Assembly (NCBI RefSeq): GCF_964355755.1
Contig: NC_092676.1
Coordinates: 22,338,871 to 22,402,870, forward strand
From: Antedon mediterranea
Lineage: Eukaryota; Animalia; Echinodermata
Length of the DNA: 64,000 bases
Direction: 5' to 3'
In this document: positions 50,336 to 63,600 of the stretch, piece after piece
Layout of the letters: the number at the start of each line of letters is the position of its first letter
Numbering within the stretch: position 1 is the stretch's first letter
Made by a program: the position numbers and the translations under genes
Notes under the pieces: generated by a model
Databases searched by the model: none
What the model saw: only the letters and a program-made list of their open reading frames with translations
Told to the model about the DNA's origin: nothing

Positions 50336-51161
50336 CTTGATTTGAAAAAATGTGCAAATCTCGGGATTTACTCTTTCTTTCTTCTGGCTACCAAAACAAA
50401 GCGAGTGAAGTGTCACTGTGTGAAAAAACATGCGCCCTCATTCCGACAAAAATCACAGCGATTCTGTGAGAGTTTCCCACGCTGCTTTTTGTTGATGTAT
50501 CGAGGTCAGGGGAGGGATCGCTCAGAAGTTGATGAAAGTTATTGAAAAGGGCGTGGTTAAATTGGAGTAGAGTGACATTATGCGATTTCGGCCGGCCGGC
50601 CTAAAAAAGAGGATATATTTTACGAAAGTTTATCGACTGAACTTAGGCCTACAGTTAATAAACTAGCATAATAAATAATAGGTCATCACGTCGTGACGAT
50701 TTTATAAAAATTAATATTAAAATTTCTCTCACGCGTAGGCCTACACTGTGCTGTTGTGCACGTGTGTTTGCGTAGGCCCCATCGCATTTGTTCCCTATCG
50801 GGAAAGCCGCAATCCTTTAATGTCCTAATTAATAATTTTACGTAATGTCTATGAATTACTGAGTATTCATGGAGTAGGCCTACCAGGGAAAAAATAATGC
50901 ACAGAGATACGACGCTTCTTGAGATCTGCTGTATACTATAGTATTATATTAATATTATATATATATATTTATTTATTTTTAATGACTGGGAGAATATGTG
51001 TTCTTCCCTCTCATAGGCGAAAAAGAAAAGACTAAACAAACCTGAAATTAACCAATCAGAGCGCTTGTTGCGTTCGACACAATATATTCCCAGGAAGCGA
51101 GTTCAATATCAGTCGATACGGTTTCGGTTATTTTCTTTCGTTCGGGGAGTTTTAATTCAAC
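50336..51161. promoter_or_regulatory. Putative bidirectional promoter between Su(H) (candidate non-coding first exon ending at 50336) and HSD17B12
   Basis: Locally CpG-richer. Minus-strand donor AAG|GTAGG at 50335; GC-box GGGCGTGG near 50549; CCAAT near 51052; CAGGAAG near 51091; CACGCG at 50730 and CACGTG at 50759; CSL site TTCCCACG at 50474-50481. TSS positions are inferred. Confidence 0.6.
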
Positions 51162-54100
51162 ATGGAAACCGCCACCGATGTCCTAGCAATAATTGGCTGT
51201 TTGAGTGCTTGCTGGTTAACATTTAAATTCACCAGTTCATTATTTCGAGGACTGTATTCACATTTCTTGGCTGATAAGTTGAGATTAAGTGCAAACTTAA
51301 CCAGTTACGGAGAGTGGGCAGGTATTTATAATAGGCCCTCTCGTACGTAGGCCCTACTACTAATTTAATGGGCCAGATAATAGGTGTACCACCAGGGTAG
51401 CACTGCATATCCACGTGCTTGGTGGTCCCGTGTGCAACCATGCGAATCAAGAAAAAATTCGCGATTTTAACGCTCAGGGAGAGGTACACACAGGCATGAA
51501 TTTAAAAAATAATATTTGGTTATTTGTACATAAATCAAATATTTGTAACAGAAATCAAGACGAACAAACATGAATTTCCCTTATTTTTGGTCAAATACAA
51601 AATTTGGCAAAATTCTTCCATAAAAACCAGGAAGACTTTTTTTCAGTAGTTAGGTAGTTAACCTAATGTAATAACATGTCTGGTGACTCCCTAGATGGTG
51701 AAAAAAGATGGTGGATATACGGTGGATAATGTTTGCTATAGCATAAAAATAAAAATTTGAAGTTGAATAAAAATATCAGAAATGTAATATTCAAATTATA
51801 TTATCTATATTTAGTCATCTGATAACATTTTTTACCACACCGTTTATTTTTCATAGCTTTTTAAGATGCCTCTCTATTTACAAAATTTGTGTACAAAAGA
51901 ATAGAGATTTTACTGTGTAATTTGAACTATCCCACCACTGATAAGAAAGTGCTTATTTTCAACAAGCTTGTGTAACGCAAATAAAACCCCAAAAATGATT
52001 AAACATAGGGGAAACTATAGATCGATAATTATTGGAATGTATGATCAATAGAAATGTTTTGCCCGTACCTGGCCTTTAAAGAATCACCTAGTCACGTCCC
52101 ACGGTCCAAGGTGTGGAGGGTAGCTGTCGGTGAGGTGATAGAAAATAATACGAATTAAATTCAGAAGTACAATGCAACAGAGGGCGTTATATTTAAATTT
52201 TCCGCACGACATGCCGGCCGGCCACGTACCGGGCTGCGATCGTTACCGGGCTGCGGGCTCTAGGTGTCCAGAAGTCTCCAAACCTACCCAACCCTGTAGT
52301 GTATAGCTGCTTCTGAATCGCTAGAGACCCTAAATATCCCTCTTATTTTTAAATCCGCAAGACGATGAGTAAAACCCAAAAACTTCCGACACAAGTACAT
52401 GCCCACAACCCAAACTCCACATTACTAATACTACTGCCAGACAACAAACCAAATAATTTACTAAATAATTTGTTGTTTTTTATATTTTCAGTTGTAACTG
52501 GAGCAACAGATGGAATTGGGAAGGCCTATGCTGAGCAGGTAAAAATGCCATAAAATTTATAAAACTAATTATAAAAGTTACACCTAAATTAAAATATATT
52601 GGTTCTGAACCTTATTGTCTCAGAAAACATTCAAGTAAATAAATAGTTTGGCGTGTGCCAATAACCCTCTCTTCACTTTTTGATGATAAAACCTAACATT
52701 TATTATAAAATAGCAACTTTCTTCCTTGTGCCATGCATGTACTGTCACAAATCCTTTTTAGATTTTTTGTTTTTACGTGAATGCCCCCGCCCACCAACAT
52801 CCATGGTCCTTGGCTAGGGTGCCTATGGGGCTCTGGGGTAGCACTAACATTTCATTTTGTTTAGCCATTTGGCGAAAGTCAAAATATTTTTTTTAGTCAA
52901 ATCAGTTTATCTATAGCCAAAATGGCTAAAGTCAAATTTTTTTATTTAGCCAAATGAATCGGTTTATAGCCAAAATTTAAAATTGTTGAAATATAGTGGT
53001 AAAAACATTTTAGTCAATTTATCTATGTCGACAGGTCTATACATACACTGTTCCCTGAACATAAAAAATTATCGATTTTTTACAATTTTATGATTGCAGA
53101 ATGTTGTAGACAACTCGTGAGTAGGTTGGATGAAGATTTTGAGTAATTTTAAGGGGTGGGTACGAAACTGCATTAGCGCCCATTTTTGTAAGGCATTGAG
53201 ATAAAGAACCATATGCCTAAATCACTGTATGATTAAAAAAAATATTTTTTTTGTATTTTTTTTACATGATCAATTGTTCAAATTGTTTTTAATCATACAG
53301 CATTCATACAGTTATCAATTTAATAAGAAACATTTTACAGTTTTCTGAAATCCCATGAACGCTATGTTACTTTTGTTTTTTACGCTTGGCTGGTCATGTT
53401 TGCGTGTGACGGCTTCCATGGCGTACCAGGCGAAAATCGTGTCCTAGAATCACTCAGAATCACCGCCGCGCAGCGGGTTAATGTTTTTAAATTGGGTATG
53501 CTCAAGAGGTGCGAAAAGGCAGAACCGCCGGTCTAGGCCTACAAAATTATGTACAACAACGCAACGGTATATATATGCTAAAAATATTGAGGAAAATGCC
53601 TAGCAAACGAACACTCGTATCTTATTTTTTTTTTTTTTTTTATTTTATTTTATTCAATTTCCAGGTAACATACAAAAATCATAAACAAGGTACGGCATCA
53701 TTCAACAAAACAGAACAAAAGTACTATCAGCACCTGCGGGTAACCAAAAGTGGATCAGTTCAAAAGAACTGCACTGTCGAGTGGCTTTCCCAACTAATAG
53801 TACGAAAAACGCAATAGACATAAAAACACAGTGATAGTCTAGATGAATTCGATATCAGTAATACATCGTAAGATAATATAGGCCAAAGCACAGAGTACAC
53901 GTCTTTCCATCCCTCAAGGCTGCGCCGAAGCGTTTCTGTCAGGGCGAGAAATTGGGTAGCCGAGAAATTTATCCCGATTATTATTTATTTACACAACAAC
54001 ACAGAAGCCGGCGGCCGGCCCCACTCAGATGCACGTGTGTGTTTAGCTAAATCCCCGTTAGACTCTACCATTTCCCGCATGTTGTTTAAGTTTATTAAGG

Positions 54101-57100
54101 CTAAAATATGAAACTACATTAAATTGGAAGACTCTAAAATGCATAACGCATACATTTTTGATTTCGATAAGATTAAGACGTCATTCATCGAAGATACTAT
54201 AATGTTTCTTTTTAATCTGAAAAGTACACCCCTATCGAAAAATAGACAATCCCGGTAATTAGCCGACCGTCGGCTACGTAGTCGATCGTTTGTGCAGCGC
54301 ACAACACGTGATAGTTTGGGTAGACTTCATCATCCATGTGTCGTGTAACGTCTGTCTCTCTGTGCAGTCTACCTCTGCTATCTACATCTTTTTGAAATAA
54401 CAAAGAGACGCCTGGTACAACGAAACAAGTTGACGAAAAATGGAGCTTGAAGTAAACAACGTGATAACGAACAAAATAAATGCTTGGAGATCGACAAATG
54501 GACCTTTTAGTTGGACTTTATGCTTTCGCCAAAATGATTATTTAATTATCTATTTTATCATATGTCATCGCCAAAATGGCTAAAGTAGCCGTTTTATTTT
54601 TCGCCAATCCAGAAACGTTTTCGCCCATGGCGACTTGGCGATCGGCCAGTGCGAGCCTAGGGGCTACTCTATAACCACACCCTGGCTGACTTTTGAAAAT
54701 ACAAGGATAACCTAGCTGGCTTGAGATGATGGCATTTTAACATTTATATTTTCCATTTTCACATAGCTCGCTGAGATTGGTCTCAAGATTGTTTTGATAA
54801 GTCGATCCACTACCAAACTGGAGAAAGTAGCTGCAGAGATTGGTAAGGTGCAGTGGTATTAAATGAAATGAAAGAAGATGAATAAAAAATCATGTAGCAA
54901 ATTTTTTTAAATTTATTTTTTTCACACCACACACAACTTTGAACAAGTTGTAATATGTACAGTAATTGAGCACCATCAGTGGTATATGCACTAAACATCA
55001 TTTTCATTTAAAATATTTAACTTTTATTACAGAGAAAACCTACAAGGTTCAAACTAAGATAATTACTGCAGACTTCACAGAAATTAATGGTATCTATGAT
55101 GATATTGAGGCCAAGTTAGAAGGACTAGAAATTGGAATTCTTGTCAACAATGTGGGTATGGCATACGCCATTCCGGGGAAACTGTTAGACATTCCGAATT
55201 TAAAAAAGGTAAGTAAGTGTTTATCTGACAATGATAAAACAAACCTACTAAAAACACACATTTAGTGAAAGATTTTATGAAGCTTTTCAACCATAAGTGT
55301 TGTAATGAAAGCCCAGAAAGTACAGTAGTGCTGTCCATCCAGAAAAACAAATTACAGTAACCAATTAATTATATGTTGTAAACTGGTTTTAGCTGGTACG
55401 TACCCGTTGAATTGAACAGGAACTGGAAATATTCGATACAAAACCAGTTTTAGGTAGGTAAACTGATTGGAACTAAATAGCTGATTTTTAACTCTTGGGC
55501 ATATCACAAATGGAACTAATATTGGTTATTTCTAAATTAAATATATTTTTAGACATTTTCATCTGCACCTATAGCATATCATTTATAATTGTGTTCTTTT
55601 TTAATAGTTTATTCCAGATATTGTATATTGTAATTGTGCATCAATGACAATGGTAAGTCAGTGTCTTAACTTTAATAAAGAGGTTTATTATTAATATTTA
55701 AAATTCGCCCCACATTGTAGAATAAAACTGTAGTTGTACTGTATTAAAAGAAAATACACAGCTGCACATAAAAAGTAATACAGTAATTTCTTTCAAAAAT
55801 AAAGTTATCAATCTCTTTTTTTTTATAGATGACACAGATATGCCTTCCAAATATGATAAAAAGGTAAAATAAAAATTTTAAAAATATTAATAATTTTCTT
55901 TTATTAAATCTTTCTCAGTTTTCAATGAGGTGTCTATTAACATGTTTTTAGCCATTCAGTTTTTCAGTGTGTTTTACTACTAAATTTATAATTAATTTTT
56001 CAGGAAAAGGGGTGTAATTTTGAATATATCATCCGCATCAGCAATTGACCCATGTCCATATATTTCAGTATATTCGTCAACTAAGGTATAGTAGCGGGAC
56101 CCAACAAAGTGTCCCCTTTACAGGGGTGTTCTTTGAATAGAGATCGACTGCAGTGTTAAAACATATATTGCCTTTCGTTCCATTCACAGTAAAGTGGTCC
56201 CTTAATGGGGATTTCCCCTGAATAGGGCTATGTGTACCAAAAAAAGGGTCCACTATAATTCTTTTTAATTAATTTTTTAATTTTATGTGGACGTCATACA
56301 TGGTGTGGAAATCATAAGAGCTCTCTACGCAAAGTTGCATGAGTTGAGCTATTGGCATTGGTTCATTTCCCGCAACACGCTTCTCTTTGCACTATGATGC
56401 TTTACTTCTGAATGTTGGGTTTTTACCATCACAAAATTATATTAATTTTATTTTCTTTTAAAGGCATATATGGATTTATTTTCCCGTGCAATTGACTATG
56501 AATATCACAAGAATGGCATAATAGTGCAGGTTGGTAAAACTTTTAAGTTTTTCTTTTTTTTCATTTTATTTTGTAATTATTATCAGATGACATTAATACT
56601 ACAAAAATAGTTTTGAATAATACTTTATATTTTCTCTCCTAGTCTGTAATGCCATTTTTTGTTAAGACCAACATGACAAATTTGAGAAAGCAATCATTTT
56701 TTATCCCGGAGGCTTGGACCTATGTTAGAAGCGCCCTTAAAACAATTGGAGTGGAGTCTAGAACTCACGGATATTTCTCGCATTCCATACAGGTAAATTG
56801 ATAGTCAGACCTGTTTTTATGGGATATTGTCACATTCAGGGTAAGCTAGACCAGTGGTCGTACTCACCAATCACACTTAAGTGAGACATTTCTCTTAAAT
56901 ATTAAGTATTTTACTTAAATTCTATTCACTTAGAAACGATAAGTGTTTCCCTTAGTCTAAGTGTGAATGGAGAATACGGCCACTGGTCCAAAACCCCCAG
57001 GTCCTGCCCTGTATTCTTAGTTTGATTTTCAATGGGGAATTTTATTTTTATTTATTTGATGGAATTGGACAGTTCGACTTCAGTTTGACTTGTATAAGAT

Positions 57101-57252
57101 TGTTAAGAGATCGTCATTTAAATATTTTCCAGGCATATTTTGCAAGACGTTTACCCAAGAGTTATGTCACAAATTTGAAAATTTCATCATTAAGTGCAGC
57201 GAGAGAACGTATGCTGAAAAGGATGAAAATAAAGGAAGAAAATCCAAAGTAA
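51162..57252 (+). CDS. HSD17B12: Very-long-chain 3-oxoacyl-CoA reductase (HSD17B12/KAR-like short-chain dehydrogenase), 318 aa
   Basis: Exons 51162-51321, 52492-52538, 54767-54842, 55033-55208, 55608-55652, 55829-55863, 56004-56085, 56464-56529, 56643-56792, 57133-57252; 957 nt, open frame. Motifs: YGEWAVVTGATDGIGKAYA (Rossmann fold), LVNNVG, ILNISS, catalytic YSSTK. Confidence 0.93.
52834..54659. mobile_element. hAT-like non-autonomous element in HSD17B12 intron 2
   Basis: Imperfect TIR TGGGGTAGCACT / AGTGCGAGCCTA; GGGGCT on both flanks (imperfect TSD); sub-terminal (T/C)GCCAAAATGGCTAAAGT repeats at both ends; CpG-rich interior. Confidence 0.6.
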
Positions 57253-57876
57253 AAAACTTTGTGAAAAAGCGATCAATTAAAGAAAGTAATACAATTTAAT
57301 ACACATAGGCCTACGTACAATGGAACCTTGATTAAATTTTAAAATAAATATAAATTAAAAATGTAATGTTTAAGAATTTGAATACGATACGTGCATACAG
57401 AAGGTAATGTATTTTCAAATTCCAATATGGAATTAGCATTGCTGATGAATAGGTATGGTGATATTGATAGACGTTGCCATAGGGATATTTTTGTTTATAA
57501 GATAATGTTGAAACGTGGTAAGCACATGGCACGACATCACTTAAATACATAAAGTAGAAACATCTCCTGGGCCTAAATTTAAAAGAAACAGTTTTTTAGT
57601 TTTTTAGGTTCAATTCCATTTAAAACAATCATTTTTTATAAAAAGACAAAATAATCTATTCTTATATATCTTTAAAATGACAGGTTCATTAACATTTAAT
57701 GTTATATAGCATGTACTATATATTTGATTGTAAAGAATTTTTAATACATTAATTATACATTTTTGATCAATTGAGTTGTGTTCAGTTTTTATTTTGTCAA
57801 AACTTGATTTTAGTGTTAAAGTTACCTAACCTTATAATGGTATCGCCCAAAATTATATTTAGTAAAACTTTTCAAG

Positions 57877-59308
57877 ATGGCAGCTCGCAGGATAGGTCAG
57901 ATATCAGTTCGTTCTGCTTCACTTTTTCTTTGTGATATGCAAGAAAAGTTCAGGCCAACTATCCAATACTTTCCTGAAATAGTTGAAGTATCACGTCGCA
58001 TGTTCCGTGCTGCAGAAAACCTTGAAATACCAGTTATTGCAACAGAACAATACCCAAAAGGTAAGCATGATGTGAAATAACCGTTGTGACGACCCTGGAC
58101 AGTGCACTCTAGAGCCTGGGATTTTTCAGCTAGAGCTTAGGCCTAGATACTAGCTAGGCCTGTAAAATATGCGCTGTTCCTGTGGTAATTTACTAGATAG
58201 GCTACACTATCACTTAACTAAGAATATTAATAAGTAGGCCTATCCCATTTGGTTTATAGTATTGTTATTATCATTATGCTACTTTTTTATTCTGATTGAT
58301 AGACAGACGAGAGTGCTTGAAATATTAATAACTAATTATAAATAGGATTAGGCCTAATTAGTAATAGTAGTATAGTAAAATAAAATGAACATATTATGAA
58401 TAGGCTATAACAAGGGAGTTGATATTATTACTGTTGATATGACGAGTGAACATACATCGTAAATGTTGCCAATTCTTCTTAACACAGGTCTTGGTCCAAC
58501 AGTATCAGAAATAGGTATTGACCATGCCAAATACAAGGTACATGCAAAGACATGCTTTACCATGCTATCGCCAGATGTGGAAGAACAGCTAAAAGAACAG
58601 GGTACAAAATCTGTTATCTTGTGTGGTATAGAAACTCAGGCATGTATCCAGCAGACAACATTAGACCTACTGGAGCGTGACTTTGATGTTCACGTTATTG
58701 CTGATGGGTGTTCATCTAGAAGTATGGTTGATAGGTATCCAATCTTTTTTAATTGTATGTCAATACAAATCCAACCACAACAAACTTAACATAAAGGTCA
58801 ATCCTTTTAGGATTTGAACTCCGGACCATGGAATTGGCAAGCAAGCATTTTTAAAACTCTATACCACCACCAAGCTGCAGTACCACAGGCTTGGATACTC
58901 TATTAAGTTTTTCAACCCCTGCAATACATCAACATTATTTGTTAATATACCCAGACAACAACCCCCTCAAGCTACAGTTCACAACAAAACCGAGGACAGT
59001 GCCATTGAATTCCTGGCCTATATGATTTTCTATATTTAACAAACCATTTTATGCTGGCAAAATTTTCACCTAAGTGAGAAAGTAGTTTACATGACTCATA
59101 AATGTGTTAAAATTTGGGGTTTTTTTTTTTTTTCAGGATGTTTGCATTTGAAAGAATGCGACAAAGTGGAGCTTTTATTACAACCAGTGAGGCGATGCTG
59201 TTACAATTACTCAAGGACTCAAAGAACCCAAAATTTAAAGATGTACAAAAACTAATCATGACATCTGCCCCAGACTCTGCTTTGCTCACTAAAGTACCTG
59301 AAAAATGA
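57877..59308 (+). CDS. ISOC2: Isochorismatase domain-containing protein (ISOC2-like), 200 aa
   Basis: Exons 57877-58060, 58488-58734, 59137-59308 (603 nt). Motifs [49 protein letters not shown]. The short N-terminus and lack of a C-terminal PTS1 favour ISOC2 over ISOC1. Confidence 0.9.
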
Positions 59309-59607
59309 ATGTAGTCTGATATAAAATAAATATATGGGAATTTATTGCAAAGGCTTCTAACAAATAAGCTGCAAGTTACTGTTTTATTTTAGTCTGAATG
59401 CTGCATAAAGGTCAAATGTAAAGAAAAGTATATTTGGAAAAATTATGAATTTAAATATAAAGATTTCAAATCAAAAACTTTAGTAATTCTTTATTATGAT
59501 TATCAGTATTAAATAGATGTATTCACATATAATTAACAAGACATTATTTTTGAAAAATAAAAAGTAATAATTGAACGTTTATTTTTGTTGAATTGAAGTG
59601 TGTATAT

Positions 59608-60512
59608 TCATCCCTTGATCTTTTGCAACACTGTTGAACAAGTAATACTCATCCCTGCATCGTTTGCAACACTGTTGAACAAGTGTACTCATCCCTGGAT
59701 CGTTTGCAACACTGTTGAACAAGTAATACTCATCCCTGGATCGTTTGCAACACTGTTGAACAAGTAATACTCATCATCCCTTGATCGTTTGCAACACTGT
59801 TGAACAAGTAATACTCATCATCCTTTGATCGTTTGCAACACTGTTGAACAAGTAATACTCATCCCTTGATTGTTTGCAACACTGTTGAATAAGTATACTC
59901 ATCCCTGGATCGTTTGCAACACTATTGAACAAGTAATACTCATCATCCCTTGATCGTTTGCAACACTGTAGTTCAAGAATACTCATCCCTGGATCGTTTA
60001 CAACACGGTTGAACAAGTAATACTCATCCCTGGATCGTTTGCAACACTGTTGAACAAGTAATACTCATCCCTGGATCTTTTGCAACACTATTGAACAAGT
60101 AATACTCATCATCCCTTGATCGTTTGCAACACTGTAGTTCAAGAATACTCATCCCTGGATCGTTTACAACACGGTTGAACAAGTAATACTCATCCCTGGA
60201 TCGTTTGCAACACTGTTGAACAAGTAATACTCATCCCTGGATCTTTTGCAACACTGTTGAACAAGTAATACTCATCCCTGGATCTTTTGCAACACTGTTG
60301 AACAAGTAATACTCATCCCTGGATCTTTTGCAACAATGTTGAACAAGTAATACTCATCATCCCTTGATCGTTTGCAACACTGTTATACAAGAATACTCAT
60401 CCCTGGATTGTTTGCTACACTGTTTTACAGACCTGTATTTTTATCCCTGGTTCACAGGTATACTTATCCCGGGATCATTTGTAACACTGTTGTACAAGTA
60501 TACTCACCCTGG
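59608..60512. repeat. Minisatellite, about 21 units of 40-44 bp, between the convergent ISOC2 and SF3A1 3' ends
   Basis: Consensus TCATCCCTGGATCGTTTGCAACACTGTTGAACAAGTAATAC (41 bp), head-to-tail with no spacers, degenerating rightwards. Confidence 0.97.
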
Positions 60513-60627
60513 TCAACGAATTAAAGATATGAAATGTAATCCCATTATTTTATATTACAAATTTTTATTGCAGAGGTATGAAGACAACCCAGACAAATTG
60601 AAATGTAGAATTCCAACTGTGTAGACA

Positions 60628-63600
60628 CTATCGTTTCCTACCACCTCTTTCTTTGACTTGGAGATGGACAATGCTGCCAGCGCTAAGATTGTAGAAGGCT
60701 AGTGAATTAGAATCTTTGATGAACATGCCCTAAAAAAAACAATAATAATTGTTATTCTTTAAAATGCATTAGACATAATAACATACACAAGAGTGGAGGT
60801 TTGACAGATTTCCAGACCACTTCTTTCTCCAACAACCCCCAGGACAACTATCTCCAACAACCCCCAGGACAACTATCTCCAACAATCTCCCATGAAACAT
60901 CTTCCATCATAAGGACAACAATCTCCCACCCTAAGAATAACTACAGTATCACCCTGATAACAACTATCTCCAGGACAACTACTTTTCACCTCTCATCCTA
61001 GGACAACTACCCACTTTAGGTCAACTACACTCTAAGAACAGTTATTCCTTTAAGGAGTTAAGAGTTATGGTTGCGACCCGACATTGGCTTTGCTCTTACC
61101 TCATACTGCAGCTTCTGTTTACCAACAGGCATACTGAGTTCATCCATCAACTTAGCCTTGATAACAGATACAGAGTCAGTCAATGGCAGTGTCATGTTCA
61201 TCATTTGACCATGTAGCTTCCATTCAGGTTTATCCTGTACAGTTGGTAACAGCACACGGAATGTAACTGGGCTCTGTAGATGAAGAAACATAATTGTTTA
61301 GTTTTGTTGAATCATACAATAATTATATCTGGACTTTAATATATACAGAATTTACTTAAAACAAGATCATTGAGGGGGCCAAGGTTGATATATGCGATAC
61401 ATACGAAGTAGAGACAGAATTGAGAGCTTTCTGGAAATTGTTTCTGAGATGACCTGAATACCCTCCTGTTTGGTCCCACTTTTGTAAGACACTGAATACG
61501 CCCCTGGAAAGTTTAGACGTAACAACCTTTTTTGATTACTTAAATATTTGCGCCGAGTTTTGACAAAAAACTTACTGGATTAGTGGCCAAGAACTGATCT
61601 TCTGGTATCAATGCATCCTCGGTTTTCTGCTTTTTGGTTGGTGGTTCGTCTTGTGCCATCATTCGCGGTGGTGGCGGTGGTCGAACCATCTGCATACCCA
61701 TTGGTTGTGGTGGCATACCTACAGGACGACCTGTTTTTATAAGAACAACAAATAAAGCATAAAAAGAAAGTAAACTCTTAAGCTGTGATCGCAATGCGAG
61801 TCTAAATAAAAAAAAAAGAAACATCCAACGTTTGGTATCATATCTAAATTTATAATCCACAATGTTGGTTCTACCTGGCATAAATGGTTGCGGGCCTGAA
61901 GAAGGCAGCAATGTTGTCCTAGGCCTGACTTGCATAGCCATGACAGGCCTAGGAGGTGCCACTTGCATAAGTGGAGGCTGATTTAACAATGGTGTTCCTG
62001 ATCCCATCGGTTGCATTGGTGGCCTAGGTGCAGGCATCATAGGTGGCTTAGGAGGTGCAGGTAAGTGCTTTAGCATTCCCATCGGCCTGGTCATGGTATG
62101 CATTGGTGTTTTCTGGAATGGCTTGGCAGGTCCAATCTTCTCCTTCTCTGCATCAGGCCTAGAAAATACAAACAATTGGTTTTGATCATTAGTCATAATA
62201 TCTATACATTGTGTCTACAATTCAAGGTAGAAAAACCACAGGGTTCTGACCAGACGAGTAAACACTCGTGGGGCCGTTGAGAGGCCGAACGGCAGAGCTA
62301 CGAATTGGTATACCTGATCGTGAATGCGAAGGCGCAGCCTACTCTGATCTTGTTGCGCAATAGGTACGTGAAAGCAAGCGTCTCTCAAGTCTATTGTGGC
62401 TGTCCAGTCTTAGCCCCGACAGGATAGATGAGACAGTCTCCATCCTGAACCTGCGGGGCTGGATGTATCGCTTGTTCAGACTTTACAACATGATATTCCA
62501 AAAAGTATGGATTTCAGAATACATTTGACATGTATGAAAAGGATTGTGACCTTTTGAATTCTGGGTTAGTAATAACATACTTTTACAATTACATATCTAT
62601 GTAAATTTTTGTCTGTTTTTTTACGTATCTATGTAAAGCGCCTTTTTCATGAAAAGGACGCTATATAAATGTGGTATATTATTATTATTAACTACTTACA
62701 GAAATCCTTCTGCTTTTTGATTGGCCGCAATTTGATCTCCCACGGTTATGTTTGCATGTGCCTTTCTAGTTGTTGCTTCCATACTGTTATAAAAATTTTT
62801 TTTTAAAATTAACTAATATACAAAGAATGAACAGAACAAAGACAGTACATTTTATCCATGAGCCTAGAGCATCACAAATCAACAATTAAGCCAAACATGC
62901 AATGTTTCCCTTAATGCATGGCACAGGAAATCTAATAACCAATCAAATGACAAGAATATCTTTAGGTGTGTTGCAATAGTGATATATGATTGACTAAGAA
63001 TGGATTCAATTTTAATGTGTTTATCATACCTTGCGGAGTGTCCATCCCAAATGACCTTATCTTTATTAGCCGAATCTTGCTCCTCTTCTCCAATCTATCA
63101 AAGGCAAAAAAGAGGAATTGATGTTAACCTTTTAATTAAGATTCTTTTTTTAACAGGCCTTTTGTATTTAAAATGTAGCCAAACATCAGTCTAAGGCATC
63201 AGAAAAAGTTTAGCTCTGTATCTACGAACCTTTTTACCGATTTGCGTCTCAACATCGCCAACACCAAAGATATCAGTACGTCTCTCTGCCAAGTTCTTGA
63301 GATGGTCTTTCATGGCGTCACCGTGAGCAAACACATCATGTTTCTCTGTTTTCTCCTGCATCTGTCGGTCACGTTGTTCGATCCATCTTGGATCCAACAT
63401 ACCTAATAATTTGTATTTTATATCATAATTTAATATTACAACTTAGAAATATCATATCATATAATTTATAATTAAAGATATATTGTCCCCCTGAAAAAAA
63501 TAATTACAAAAATTATAAATATAAGTCCTAAAATAATTGTTTTTAACGTATAACTGCGTAATATCTTACCAATTTTCATATGTTGCGCCATTTTGTCGGC

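Noticed and set aside
59608-60512. CRISPR-like regular array
   Set aside because: Units are head-to-tail with no unique spacers, there are no cas genes, and the context is eukaryotic; it is a minisatellite.
61731-61874. ORF track reads through this segment as part of a 218-aa ORF
   Set aside because: It is a 144-bp GT-AG intron of SF3A1 that happens to lack an in-frame stop; its composition differs from the flanking Pro/Met-rich exons.
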